A DNA stretch of 64,000 nt, taken from assembly GCA_035509435.1 (NCBI GenBank), contig DATJLR010000007.1, positions 1,555 to 65,554 of the forward strand. The letters are read 5' to 3'. Under the pieces are notes generated by a model, which was not told the origin of the DNA, did not search any database, and saw nothing but the letters and a program-made list of their open reading frames with translations. The translations under genes and the position numbers were made by a program. Origin of the DNA: Minisyncoccota bacterium (GTDB lineage: Bacteria > Patescibacteriota > Minisyncoccia > UBA6257 > 2-01-FULL-56-20). Of the stretch, positions 36,163-45,864 are shown one piece after another (within the stretch, counting starts at the first letter, position 1; every line of letters starts with the position of its first letter).

Positions 36163-36204
36163 TGTTACTAGTTCCTAGTTACCAGTAATCAGTTACCAGT
36201 AATC
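36163..36204. repeat. IVS 5'-flank motif block (partner of 35724..35762)
   Basis: cttgttactagttcctagttaccagtaatcagttaccagtaatccg. Confidence 0.7.
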
Positions 36205-37050
36205 CGTATCTTCGGTACCATGCTTAGCCCCGGTACATTTTCGGCGCCACGACCCGTCGAATAGTGAGTTGTTACACACTCTTTAAAGGATGGCTACCTC
36301 TAAGCCAACCTCCTATCTGTCTATGGGTCATGACTACCTTTTACACTTAGCATGGATTTAGGGACCTTAGATGACGATCTGGGCTCTTCCCCTCGCGACC
36401 ACGGAGCTTAGCCCCCGCAGTCTAACTAGCAAGATCTTGACTCTCGGTATTCGGAGTTTGATTGATCGTTCGGTCTTTCGACCTGTAACGATCATCCAGT
36501 GCTCTACCCCCAAGAGGAACTCTTGCCGCCAGTCCTAAAACTGTTTCGGAGAGAACCAGCTATTACGTTATTCGATTAGCTTTTCACTCCTTACCTCAGC
36601 TCATCCGAAGATTTTGAACAATCAACCGGTTCGGGCCTCCCTCCCGATTTCTCGGGAGTTCACCCTGGCCAAGGCAAGCTCATAACGCTTCGGGTCTATC
36701 TTGTGCTGCGATCCCACTCAAATTTTTGGAGCCGTGACAAATCCACGGCGATGCGGTATTTTTATGATTAGCTTCTCCTCCACGGGAGGCCGTATGTTCT
36801 CAGGACACAGCCCCGATCCCATGCTTCAGGGCCTCACTTCCTTTCTCATGGAAGCAAACCCGATTGCCTGGGGAGTGCTTGCCGTCGGTGTCGCATTGCT
36901 TATCGTGGCCATTTGGAGCATGCACCACGAAAACAAAACCCCGACCTGCAAGTGACCAATCTGCCAAAACACCTGCCCGCTCACGCGCGCGGGTGTTTTC
37001 TTTTGGCGCTCACGCGCCGCTTATTTCTCCAAAAATTTGAGTGGGATGTG

Positions 37051-37081
<31 letters not shown>

Positions 37082-37244
37082 TCACGCTATGCGCGCTTAG
37101 ACAAGCAACACAAAATAAGTCGTTGGATCATTCTTCAATAGGCACATTGTTCCACTCGTCCGCGGATTGCTCCGCAGCCGTTCGTGGTTCAATTCCTTGT
37201 AGACAAACGGTTTCAGGTTCTATTTCAACGGCCTCACCGGCCTG

Positions 37245-37281
<37 letters not shown>

Positions 37282-38230
37282 ATCTAGAAAAGTATTTAGC
37301 CTTACCTGATAGTACAGGTGTATTCCTCCGGAACTGTTTTACTCCGAAGTACTCAAGTTAAAAAACTAAGGAGACCAAAAGTTTTCGTCTACGGGGCTAT
37401 CACCCGCTCTGGCGCCGCTTTCCAGACGGCTTCGACTAACCAATGATTTTTTTACTCCTCCACCTCCCAGCGAGTAACGCAACGTACACTTGCGTGCGCG
37501 CTACGTTACTTGCTAAAAGAGCGTTTTTTACTGAACCCCAAGATCGTGATAAATCACAACCTTAGTTTGGGCTCCTCCCCGTTCTCTCGCCGATACTTAG
37601 GGAATAACTGATTTGTTCTATTTTCCTCCGCTTACTGGAATGTTTTACTTCAGCGGGTACGCGATCCGCTTGCGCGGAACAATTGAGGGTTACTCAACTA
37701 GGTTTCCCCATTCGGAAATTCCCGGATCACAGGTTGCTACGCACCTCCCCGAGACATATCGTTGCTACGCCACGTCCTTCATCGCCTTTTCTAGTCTAGG
37801 CATCCACCGTTCGCCCTTATTTGCCAACCATCCCAATGCTGACTTGCTCGTGGATCACAGCGAAACGCCGCAATCCACTTGCCATCAGTAAGAAAAATTC
37901 TTACCGATGCTTTGACCCTGTCCGTCACGAGAAATTGACTACATATGCGTATGCAGCGATCCGGCCCACCCGCAATGCGGATGTTAGCGACCGGACCTAA
38001 TAGTGACACAGGGTCTCCATATTATGTCCTCCGACTCTACAATTCGGAGTTCCGCCAAATCGGCGAATGATTTGAAATAGCATTTGCTCAGCATCGCGAG
38101 ACGCTGCAAGACACGGACCGCCAAGAAAAAAATCAGCCGCACACAGCGGCCGCTGACTGCTTCAAAGAAGCGGCTTCAGCCGGAGTGTTGTGAGAGATTT
38201 AAAGTCTTGACCATTCGTATCTTGAGGATA

Positions 38231-38259
38231 AGGATACTCCGGCCTCAAAAGGATGTCAA
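38231..38259 (-). promoter_or_regulatory. Candidate promoter for the 23S-5S operon (TTGACA-N17-TATCCT on minus strand)
   Basis: Minus-strand reading cccctaTTGACAtccttttgaggccggagTATCCTtatcc, ~340 nt upstream of the 23S 5' end. A hairpin-plus-U-tract element tcagcggccgctgtgtgcggctga-ttttttt lies in the leader. Confidence 0.5.
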
Positions 38260-38276
38260 TAGGGGGCCTTATCCAC

Positions 38277-38351
38277 ATAAAAAGCAAACCCCTCCTTGTT
38301 GAGCGAGTGGACGTTCCTACGTCGGAGCGAAACAAGGAGGGGTTTGCTTTT
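38277..38351. repeat. Long hairpin with 30-nt loop containing GGACG (H2), 5 nt from the tRNA-Pro 3' end
   Basis: aaaagcaaacccctccttgtt-[gagcgagtggacgttcctacgtcggagcga]-aacaaggaggggtttgctttt; acts as a terminator for the tRNA. Confidence 0.7.
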
Positions 38352-38356
38352 TATTG

Positions 38357-38427
38357 TCGGGCCGCCGGGAATCGAACCCGGTCTTTACGCACCCGAAGCG
38401 CACGTACTACCGGTATACTACGGCCCG
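38357..38427 (-). tRNA. tRNA-Pro (anticodon CGG)
   Basis: Minus-strand cloverleaf: acceptor CGGGCCG/CGGCCCG, anticodon arm TGCGC-TTCGGGT-GCGTA, T arm CCGGG-TTCGATT-CCCGG. No encoded CCA. Confidence 0.85.
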
Positions 38428-38526
38428 TAGAATACCAAGCTATTTAACCGCATTTCGCGGAAAAACTCAACTTTAATCGTTTTAGATAATTTTAATGCCG
38501 CTTGTGTATCATGGCCTTGCGGATCC

Positions 38527-38577
38527 TTGACAGACATCCGGCGTGGAGTATCATGATAAGTATTACTAAGTAATACT
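38527..38577 (+). promoter_or_regulatory. Promoter TTGACA-N16-TATCAT with overlapping 19-nt perfect palindrome operator (agtattactaagtaatact)
   Basis: TTGACA 38527-32, TATCAT 38549-54, palindrome 38559-77, antitoxin ATG 38585. Confidence 0.6.
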
Positions 38578-38584
38578 CACACCA

Positions 38585-38899
38585 ATGAGAATCACGCACA
38601 TCATGACCGTATCCCTTCCCCCGGCGCTCGTTCGCCAGTTCGAGGAAGTGCGAAAGAAAGAATCACGCACCCGCTCCGAGCTTGTCCGTGAGGCTTTGCG
38701 ATCGTATTTCGAAAGCCGCTACCCCATGGTGATGCCTACCAAAGCGGAACGCGCCGCCATGCGGCGCGGGCGGGCGGCCCTCCAGCGCGGCGATGCCATG
38801 CCATTAAAGAAATTCCTCCATGAAATGGAATCTGCTGATCGCCGGTCCGGCGCAAAAAGAATTTCAAACGCTTCCAGAAAAAGATCGGGAGCGCATTAA
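38585..38899 (+). CDS. Ribbon-helix-helix (CopG/RHH) antitoxin
   Basis: MRITHIMTVSLPPALVRQFEEVRKKESRTRSELVREALRSYFE. The 3' end overlaps the toxin ORF; the functional stop may effectively be earlier. Confidence 0.6.
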   Translation: MRITHIMTVSLPPALVRQFEEVRKKESRTRSELVREALRSYFESRYPMVMPTKAERAAMRRGRAALQRGDAMPLKKFLHEMESADRRSGAKRISNASRKRSGAH

Positions 38900-39080
38900 G
38901 GCGGCGCTCTTTGAGATGCAAACAAATCCCCTTCGGGGAGATTTAAAGCGTTTACAGGGACATCCAGCCGCATGGCGGCGGCGAATAGGCAGCTACCGGA
39001 TTATTTACGATCTTTATTTTAAGAAACACACGATTGTCGTCGTGGCTATCATTCGGCGAACCTCATCAACATACGAATAG
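38820..39080 (+). CDS. RelE/ParE family toxin
   Basis: 86 aa; ...RIGSYRIIYDLYFKKHTIVVVAIIRR, the typical RelE/ParE C-terminal pattern. Confidence 0.7.
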   Translation: MKWNLLIAGPAQKEFQTLPEKDRERIKAALFEMQTNPLRGDLKRLQGHPAAWRRRIGSYRIIYDLYFKKHTIVVVAIIRRTSSTYE

Positions 39081-39092
39081 CGCCGCGGGGGC

Positions 39093-40553
39093 CTACTGCA
39101 CGTGATGCTGCTTCTTGATCTCGTTGTCCATCTCCTCCTCTGCCTCGCGCTTCCTGGCCTGCGCCTGCGCAAACAGCTCGCGCAGCTCGACATCGCTCAG
39201 CGTGTTCAGCTCCTTGGCGCGCTTCGTGAGATACTTCTTATCGTTCTTTTTTGGATCATCGATCACCTCTTCCATGAGCGCGTTCAGGATCCAGCCGACG
39301 CGCGGCGATTGCGGAAGGTCGAGCAACGGCATCAAGTCGTCGCCGCGGAGCGCGAGCATCTTCGGCGAGAGCGGATCACGCTTGACCTTGTCTATCATAA
39401 AGAGCAAATGGCGCAGGCGGTACGGCATCGCTTTTTTGACGCCGCTGCCGATGCGGTCCGCTTCACGAACCTTTAACAGGTCGTCGATATTCTCCGGCCC
39501 GACGCGCACCACAAAACGCCGCACGCCCGCGGGCGAGATCGCGCCGGTGTCGTAATAGAACATGTGCGAGCGCACAAGGTGCGCCACCTGTTCCGTGAAC
39601 TCGCGCGGAAAACGCAGCCGGTCGAGCATCCGCACCGCCATCTTCGCGCCAACATATTCGTGCTGATAGAACGTCGAGTCGGGGCCATTGCCACCCTTCA
39701 CCTTCGGCTTGCCGACATCGTGGAGGAGCGCGGCCATGCGTACCGCGAGCGAATAATTCTCGCGCGCGGTGTAATCGAGCGCGCGTACGTTGTGCTCGAA
39801 GACGGTATAGATATGATGCTTGTTCTGCCCGACGCCGATCCCCTCGCGCAGTTCCGGCAGAACGTACCGCAGGAGGTCAAGCTCCTCGAGCAGGATGATC
39901 CCTTTCGCCGCGTTCGGCGTCATGACGATCTTCACGAGCTCATCGCGCACGCGCTCCTTTGCGATCGCCTCCAGTCCGCCCGCGAACTTCACGATCGCGC
40001 GGCGCGTGTTCATCTCTATCTCAAAATCCAGTTCAGCGGAAAATCGCACCGCGCGCATCAGGCGCAGGGCGTCCTCGCTGAACCGCTCCTCCGGCGCGCC
40101 GACCGTACGGACCACGCCGTCTTTCAGGTCGTGCTCGCCGCCGAACGGGTCGATCACATCGCCCTTCATATCCATCGCCATCGCGTTTACCGTAAAGTCG
40201 CGGCGAGAAAGGTCCTTTTCGATGTCCGCCGCGAACTTCACTTCATCGGGATGGCGCTTATCGGTATATGTTCCCTCAATGCGATACGTCGTTACCTGGA
40301 TGATCTTCAGCCGTTCGTCCTCCGATTCGGTCTTGATGCCCACCGTGCCAAAATCATTCTCGTAGACGCTCTCCGGAAAGAGCTTCTGGATCTCCTCCGG
40401 CTGTGCGTCGGTCGCCACGTCCCAATCCTTCGGCTCGCGGCCAAGCATCATGTCGCGCACACAGCCGCCCACGAGGTACGCCTCAAAACCCGCTTCGGCA
40501 AGCGCCTTTGATATGGCAATCACTTCTTCCGGAACTGAAGGCTTCGTTTTCAT
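39093..40553 (-). CDS. cca: tRNA nucleotidyltransferase (CCA-adding)/poly(A) polymerase family with HD domain
   Basis: GGCVRDMMLGREPKDWDVATDAQP head domain; HD motif LLHDVGKP. Confidence 0.75.
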   Translation of the reverse strand: MKTKPSVPEEVIAISKALAEAGFEAYLVGGCVRDMMLGREPKDWDVATDAQPEEIQKLFPESVYENDFGTVGIKTESEDERLKIIQVTTYRIEGTYTDKRHPDEVKFAADIEKDLSRRDFTVNAMAMDMKGDVIDPFGGEHDLKDGVVRTVGAPEERFSEDALRLMRAVRFSAELDFEIEMNTRRAIVKFAGGLEAIAKERVRDELVKIVMTPNAAKGIILLEELDLLRYVLPELREGIGVGQNKHHIYTVFEHNVRALDYTARENYSLAVRMAALLHDVGKPKVKGGNGPDSTFYQHEYVGAKMAVRMLDRLRFPREFTEQVAHLVRSHMFYYDTGAISPAGVRRFVVRVGPENIDDLLKVREADRIGSGVKKAMPYRLRHLLFMIDKVKRDPLSPKMLALRGDDLMPLLDLPQSPRVGWILNALMEEVIDDPKKNDKKYLTKRAKELNTLSDVELRELFAQAQARKREAEEEMDNEIKKQHHVQ

Positions 40554-40781
40554 CGGTTTTTCGGCAGGTATACGTTCATTGTAATTGAATTGCGGGAATT
40601 ATTGTATAACATACCAGCCCACCACAAAACAGGGACACGAGCCATTGAAGACGGCTGGCGGATACTTCGTTCGTTCCCGCGGCGACGGCCGCGCGAGAGC
40701 GATCCTCCCCGGCCCACGGATGGGCGTCCTTTATAGTGCAGTGAGTGACTCAAAAACAGAATATGGATCAGATGACAAAAA

Positions 40782-40825
40782 GAAAGCCGGGCGCACCAGA
40801 GCGCGCCCGGCTTTCTTTTATTACT
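40782..40825. terminator. Bidirectional intrinsic terminator after pheS
   Basis: aaaagaaagccgggcgcaccagagcgcgcccggctttcttttatt. Confidence 0.75.
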
Positions 40826-40834
40826 GCCCCGACC

Positions 40835-42013
40835 CTATCGGACCGTCGCGCCGAACTCTTTCACCGTTCCCTCTTCTATCTTCTTGTGCAGGACGTCCAC
40901 TTCGTCGTTCGTGAGCGTGCGGTCGCTCGATCGGTACGTAATGCGGTATGCGTAGCTCTTTTTGTCCGCGCCGAACTTTTCGGCGTTCTCATATTCGTCG
41001 ATCAGCTCCACCTGCTCCACGAGGTCTCCCGCGATGTCGCGCACGAGATCGAAATAATCGTTCGGCGCGAACGCCTTCGGCACGATGAACGAGATGTCGC
41101 GGATGACGGGCGGATACTTGCTCACCTCCGCGAACTTCGTTCCCATGTGCAGCTGTTTCTTTACGCGCTCGTCATCGGACCAGAGCAGGCGGATGTCCGG
41201 GAGCGTCATGCTGATGATCGCGAGGCGCTCCAACCCGAAGCCGAACGCCCACGCGTTGTACCCTTCGACGCCGAACTTTTTGAACACGCTTTGCTTTGTC
41301 ATGCCACCGCCGAGTATCTCGATCCAGCGGCCGCCGTCCGGCCCCGGGTCGTCGGATGATTCGGTCGTGGGCGCGCCGGGCCCGATCCATACCTCCACCT
41401 GCAGCGATGGGTCCGTGTACGGGAATGTGTCGTCGAGAAAACGGAAGTGGGCGCCGGCGCCGAAGATCGCGCGCACGATCTCGCTCAAAGCGTTGCGCAG
41501 GTCGTCGATCGTGAGTGGGTCGGTGTCCGCGGGCGTCATATACCATCCGCCGAACTGGTGGAAGATGTTCATATGCTTGCGGTCGATCTCGTCCTTGCGA
41601 TACACCTTGCCGTAACAGACAACGCCCAATTTTTCGCGGCGCGCGAGGCGCTCTTTGACCTCCGGCAGCTGCGTGTAGTAATACCACATCACGGTGTCGT
41701 GCGTGCGCAAAATATTCTTATCGTCCGCATAGTAGGTGTCCGACGCGCTGCGTGCCGGATGGTCGGGCGCGAAGTCAAAAAGGTCGAAGTTGATCGATGC
41801 CGGCACGATCTCCGGGATGATGATGTTGTCAAAATCCTTCAGTACCGGCGTCGCGCGTGCCGCTTCCACGATCTCGTAGAGCGGGCTGCCCGGCGTGCGC
41901 GAAAGGTCGGGCATCGCAAGGTAGCGCTTGATCCGCGCGGCCTCGGCGTCCGTGCGCTTGTCGACCGCGGCCAGTATCCTGTTCTGCTCGTCAAGGGAAA
42001 TGCGATATTCCAT
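40835..42013 (-). CDS. pheS: Phenylalanyl-tRNA synthetase alpha subunit (no adjacent pheT)
   Basis: Class II motifs; FGLERLAIISMTLPDIRLLWSDDERV (motif 3). Confidence 0.85.
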   Translation of the reverse strand: MEYRISLDEQNRILAAVDKRTDAEAARIKRYLAMPDLSRTPGSPLYEIVEAARATPVLKDFDNIIIPEIVPASINFDLFDFAPDHPARSASDTYYADDKNILRTHDTVMWYYYTQLPEVKERLARREKLGVVCYGKVYRKDEIDRKHMNIFHQFGGWYMTPADTDPLTIDDLRNALSEIVRAIFGAGAHFRFLDDTFPYTDPSLQVEVWIGPGAPTTESSDDPGPDGGRWIEILGGGMTKQSVFKKFGVEGYNAWAFGFGLERLAIISMTLPDIRLLWSDDERVKKQLHMGTKFAEVSKYPPVIRDISFIVPKAFAPNDYFDLVRDIAGDLVEQVELIDEYENAEKFGADKKSYAYRITYRSSDRTLTNDEVDVLHKKIEEGTVKEFGATVR

Positions 42014-42073
42014 ATAAGGGCAATTGTAATGCTAAAATAAAGGCAGGGCAATTTTTACAATCCAACGACAGAT

Positions 42074-42916
42074 ATGCCACATCAAGGAGGCCCATTCGTG
42101 AAGACGTCGACATTTACCTGCATACTGTCCCTTGCATTGCTCGCGGTGCCGTTCGCGGATGCCGCCTCGCACGCAAAGCGCGCCACTCTCACTCCGTTCC
42201 GCGAACGCGCGGCGCGGGAAACACTGATCAAAGATCGCATCGTTCACAAGTTCGGCCACGCGTTCGCCGATCCGATCGTGAACGATCCGCGCCTCGTCCT
42301 TCCGCAACCCGCGCCGTCGGCGGCCAAACCTTCGCACCACGCGAACCGGCACGACTACCGCTACATGTTCACCGCCGACGCGCTGGCCACGGGCCGGAAA
42401 TTCCTGGAAGAGAACAAAACGCTGTTCGCCGAGAACGAAGCAGCCCATGGAATTCCCAGTCCGATCATCAATGCGCTTCTTGGCATCGAGTTGGGATGGG
42501 GAAACGTAAAGCCAAAACGGTTGGTGATCGTCTCGCTTTACTCGCTCGCCGTCAACCGTCCCAACTATGTCAGCCGCGGATGGCCGGAGGAACAATTGAT
42601 GGCATGGCTCACCATCTGCAAGAATAACGGCTGGGATCCGTTCGCCATGACGGGTTCCTGGACCGGCGCATTCGGGCTGGACCAGGAAGAGCCGACGACG
42701 TACCTGCAGTTCGCGAAAAATTGCGTTTCGGAAGGAAACTATTCCGATCCATTTTCCGCGAGGGACGCTGTCTGTCGGATCACCAACTACCTCGGCAACG
42801 CCGGGTTCGGAGAAACCAGATCTTCGATCCTCAAAGCGCTCTGGGAGTACAACCACGATCCCGCTTACGGGCGAGCCATCATGGAGTACGCTTCCATCGT
42901 TAAGCCATTGCCGTAA
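42074..42916 (+). CDS. Lytic murein transglycosylase B-like (SLT domain 2)
   Basis: Signal peptide; MTGSWTGAFGLDQEEP matches the MltB signature (TGSWAGAMGQTQF). Confidence 0.7.
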   Translation: MPHQGGPFVKTSTFTCILSLALLAVPFADAASHAKRATLTPFRERAARETLIKDRIVHKFGHAFADPIVNDPRLVLPQPAPSAAKPSHHANRHDYRYMFTADALATGRKFLEENKTLFAENEAAHGIPSPIINALLGIELGWGNVKPKRLVIVSLYSLAVNRPNYVSRGWPEEQLMAWLTICKNNGWDPFAMTGSWTGAFGLDQEEPTTYLQFAKNCVSEGNYSDPFSARDAVCRITNYLGNAGFGETRSSILKALWEYNHDPAYGRAIMEYASIVKPLP

Positions 42917-42961
42917 CAGAACAGGCCGCTATCACATAGCGGCCTGCAGTTCTATCATTCG

Positions 42962-43034
42962 GCACAAAAGAAAACAGGCAGGTCCGCCGGACGGTCATCT
43001 GCCTGGAGGCGAACCTGCCTGTTTTCTTTTGCGC
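42962..43034. repeat. Palindromic element H3 with conserved 28-nt loop CCGCCGGACGGTCATCTGCCTGGAGGCG, 8 nt from the tRNA-Met 3' end
   Basis: gcacaaaagaaaacaggcaggt-[ccgccggacggtcatctgcctggaggcga]-acctgcctgttttcttttgcgcc; homologous to H4 in both stem and loop. Confidence 0.75.
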
Positions 43035-43041
43035 CTTGTTG

Positions 43042-43114
43042 TGCCGACGGGAGGAATCGAACCTCCGACCTTGGCCTTATGAAAGCCCTGCTCTAACCGC
43101 TGAGCTACGTCGGC
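43042..43114 (-). tRNA. tRNA-Met (anticodon CAT; elongator or Ile2-type)
   Basis: Acceptor GCCGACG/CGTCGGC, D arm GCTC-AGCGGTTA-GAGC, anticodon loop TTCATAA, T arm GTCGGAGG-TTCGATT-CCTCC... 1:72 is paired, so not initiator-type. Confidence 0.8.
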
Positions 43115-43174
43115 AACGGCATAACTATATTATAGAGCGGGAACTTTTTCAAAGGCCGATCGGACACCGCCGCG

Positions 43175-44764
43175 CTATTGCGCGGCAGGCGTCTCGAGCG
43201 GAACAGGACGCGGCACCGGAGGAACCACAACGCTCTGCGACGGTTGTTCAAAATCCTTGATGAGCGGCACCATGATGTATCGCGTTGAAGCATTATCGCT
43301 CGCGCTGCCCACGACCGGGAATGCAAATGCCGGAACGAGGAATTCGGAACTCTGTCCGTTGCTGTCCGTCTGATACATATCCTCGTAGACCATTGTCGGC
43401 GTGCCAAGGTCATAGGTGGTAACAGTTGCATTTGTGTCCGCTGAATCCGCGCTGCCGCTCCCCATAGCGCCGTTATAGATCACCGGATAAACTTCCGGAT
43501 CTTCCGCCATGGAAAGGATCGTGCTTGTGTCCGTGATCGCATCATATGCGGATGACTGATAGCTTTCCGCCTGCAATCCATATACATTCTCCACGCGGCT
43601 ATAGCGGATATTCACCTCCACCGTGAGGCCGATCGCGCTGCCATTCGTGTTGTACACGGGCATGCCGTTCACGGTGAGCGGATAAAGCACCTGCTCCGAA
43701 TCCGGATAATACGGGATCATAGGCATCGCGGCGGCGGAAGATCCGCTGCCGGACCCGACTGACGCTCCCGCCGAAACAGCGGGCGTGGCGGCCGGCACCA
43801 CGAAGTTCGTGATGTCCGTCGTCACCATCGGAGTACCATAATTCGCGGTACTGATATCGTGTACCGAGAGGAATTGGTTTGCGACCGCGATCACGGCGCT
43901 GTTCGATGGAACATCCGACGCAGTGAGCGGTGTCGTCGTAGCGCTCTCTTGCGGCCACTCATTGTAATTCTCGCTGATGGAGATCGTGCCGTCCGCGAGG
44001 TCGAGCGATATCTCATATCCAAAGCTCTGGGTCTGGGTGAGCGTCACGTTCGATATGGTAAGGCCGTCGAATGTGGAAAGGTTGACCTGGCCGAACCCCG
44101 CCTGCTCGAGCGCGGCGGTCGCCTGGTCCGCGGAAAGCGGCGCGGCGATCTTCTTAAGTACGTCCAGCTGGGCCTGGCTCTGCGAGATCGGGCTGCCGGT
44201 ATAATCATATTTTACGGCGGGATACGGCAGCGGCCGCACCGGCATGATAGCGACGCCGGGAGACGCCGTGCCCGATCCGGAGATCGCCGCGCCCATCATG
44301 GGCGATGCGGTATTCATAGGAGCGGCCGTAGGCGCATTCGCCGCGGCGGGAGCGGCGCTCCCAGCCGCCGTGCTGAGCGATCCGAACGCATCCGCGCCGA
44401 CATTGGTGATGCTCACGTTTCCGGAATTCAACGCAACGGAACCGGGATTGTGAGGCGACAATGGCCCGAACGCCGCAAAGGAAACAGCGGCAATGGCAAT
44501 GACGGCAATGCCGATCGCCGCGTAGCGGAAGGATTTCCCCGCAAAGAATGACGCGAACGAACTCCGGGCGCTTCCAGAACCGCGCTGCGAAAGCTCCGTA
44601 AATATCTGCGAGCGCAACCGCGCGGCAAACGCCGGATCATAGTGCGCCTCCGGCTTGATCGCCATGGCGCGGATGATCGTCGTGAGTTCCTTTTCGCGGC
44701 TCCGCAGCGACGGGTCGATCGCGTAAAGGTCGTTTAATATTTTTTTAATGTCTTCGTGGTTCAT
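43175..44764 (-). CDS. Putative anti-sigma factor / membrane protein with large Ser/Ala/Thr-rich extracytoplasmic domain
   Basis: Its start overlaps the ECF sigma stop (ATGA). Small N-terminal cytoplasmic domain, one TM helix, then a large extracytoplasmic domain. Confidence 0.5.
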   Translation of the reverse strand: MNHEDIKKILNDLYAIDPSLRSREKELTTIIRAMAIKPEAHYDPAFAARLRSQIFTELSQRGSGSARSSFASFFAGKSFRYAAIGIAVIAIAAVSFAAFGPLSPHNPGSVALNSGNVSITNVGADAFGSLSTAAGSAAPAAANAPTAAPMNTASPMMGAAISGSGTASPGVAIMPVRPLPYPAVKYDYTGSPISQSQAQLDVLKKIAAPLSADQATAALEQAGFGQVNLSTFDGLTISNVTLTQTQSFGYEISLDLADGTISISENYNEWPQESATTTPLTASDVPSNSAVIAVANQFLSVHDISTANYGTPMVTTDITNFVVPAATPAVSAGASVGSGSGSSAAAMPMIPYYPDSEQVLYPLTVNGMPVYNTNGSAIGLTVEVNIRYSRVENVYGLQAESYQSSAYDAITDTSTILSMAEDPEVYPVIYNGAMGSGSADSADTNATVTTYDLGTPTMVYEDMYQTDSNGQSSEFLVPAFAFPVVGSASDNASTRYIMVPLIKDFEQPSQSVVVPPVPRPVPLETPAAQ

Positions 44765-44766
44765 GG

Positions 44767-45324
44767 TTAAATTATTTTAATGATAAGGAATATGAGCGCG
44801 AGCGGTGCGAGCTCTTTCAATCGGATCGTGGCGCGATAGAACGCCATTTTGCAGCTCCCTTCGCTTTTGCCGAGCACCTTCGCGATCTCCGCGTAGGATA
44901 GCCCGTCCCACACGCGCATCGTGACGATCTCGCGCTGGTCATCGCTCAACTTGGAAAACGATTCTTTTACTTTACGCACGAGCTCGCGGTCGCCCACCTC
45001 GCTCTCCACGTCCTTGGCCGGATCCGCAATTTCGTCCGCAAGCTCGATCGGCTCCGCGTTATGCCGGTTGCGATAATGGTCAAAGAGCGAGTTGCGCGCG
45101 ATGCGATAGAGCCACGCGGAAAATTCGCCCTTGGACGCGTCGAACCGCCTGAGTCCGCGCACGGCCTTAAAGAATGTCGTGCTCGTAAGGTCTTCCGCCA
45201 TCGCGCGGTTGCGCGTCCGGTAAAATATGTACCGATAGATGCGCTCCGCGTAGGCGTCGTAAAGCAGCCCAAACTGCTCGGTGTCGCCCGCCGCTATGCG
45301 CGCCAATATCTCGGATTCTTGCAT
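44767..45324 (-). CDS. ECF-type sigma-70 family factor
   Basis: Region 2 (ERIYRYIFYRTRNRAMAEDLTSTTF) and region 4 (LSDDQREIVTMRVWDGLSYAEIAKVLGKSEGSCK). Confidence 0.8.
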   Translation of the reverse strand: MQESEILARIAAGDTEQFGLLYDAYAERIYRYIFYRTRNRAMAEDLTSTTFFKAVRGLRRFDASKGEFSAWLYRIARNSLFDHYRNRHNAEPIELADEIADPAKDVESEVGDRELVRKVKESFSKLSDDQREIVTMRVWDGLSYAEIAKVLGKSEGSCKMAFYRATIRLKELAPLALIFLIIKII

Positions 45325-45412
45325 GGTATGGAAGGACGGATCCGTAAGGTACCTTCACCCTGTACTACGCGCCCTTGCTTTAAGGGTAACATAGCGGATA
45401 TGGTCGCATTCA

Positions 45413-45859
45413 CTACAATGCAAGGTCGTTCTCGTGGTTCTTCCTGTGCTGATGATTAAAAACCGCTCCTATTTCCCGGATCGCGAAGATCGAATGGCGG
45501 ATAAAAAGAACGCCTGCACCGAGAGAGAACCACTCAAGGATGAAGCGGCCGACCATGCCGGGAATGCCCGGCCATGGCAATAAAAGAGCGGCGGGGGCGG
45601 CAAGCGGCTGGAAGAAAAACATCGAAAAAAACGTGAGCCACAGCGGGAAGCAGAAACTGCAATCAAGCGGATGCCCGACGATGGGCAACTTTTTTACCCA
45701 CGCGTGAAACGCCGGATGATCGTCAAGCCAGTTCCACCAAATGAGGGATGCGACCGCAACGGCAGAAGCAACGATAAGATAATCGATAAGCATGATGGAT
45801 AAAATAATTGATAAAAAGTGAGGGGTTCCGCTTGCACAGAACCCCTTGTTCCAGCCCAC
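45413..45859 (-). CDS. Hypothetical polytopic membrane protein
   Basis: 148 aa, 4 predicted TM helices; Trp-rich. Confidence 0.4.
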   Translation of the reverse strand: MGWNKGFCASGTPHFLSIILSIMLIDYLIVASAVAVASLIWWNWLDDHPAFHAWVKKLPIVGHPLDCSFCFPLWLTFFSMFFFQPLAAPAALLLPWPGIPGMVGRFILEWFSLGAGVLFIRHSIFAIREIGAVFNHQHRKNHENDLAL

Positions 45860-45864
45860 AGACG

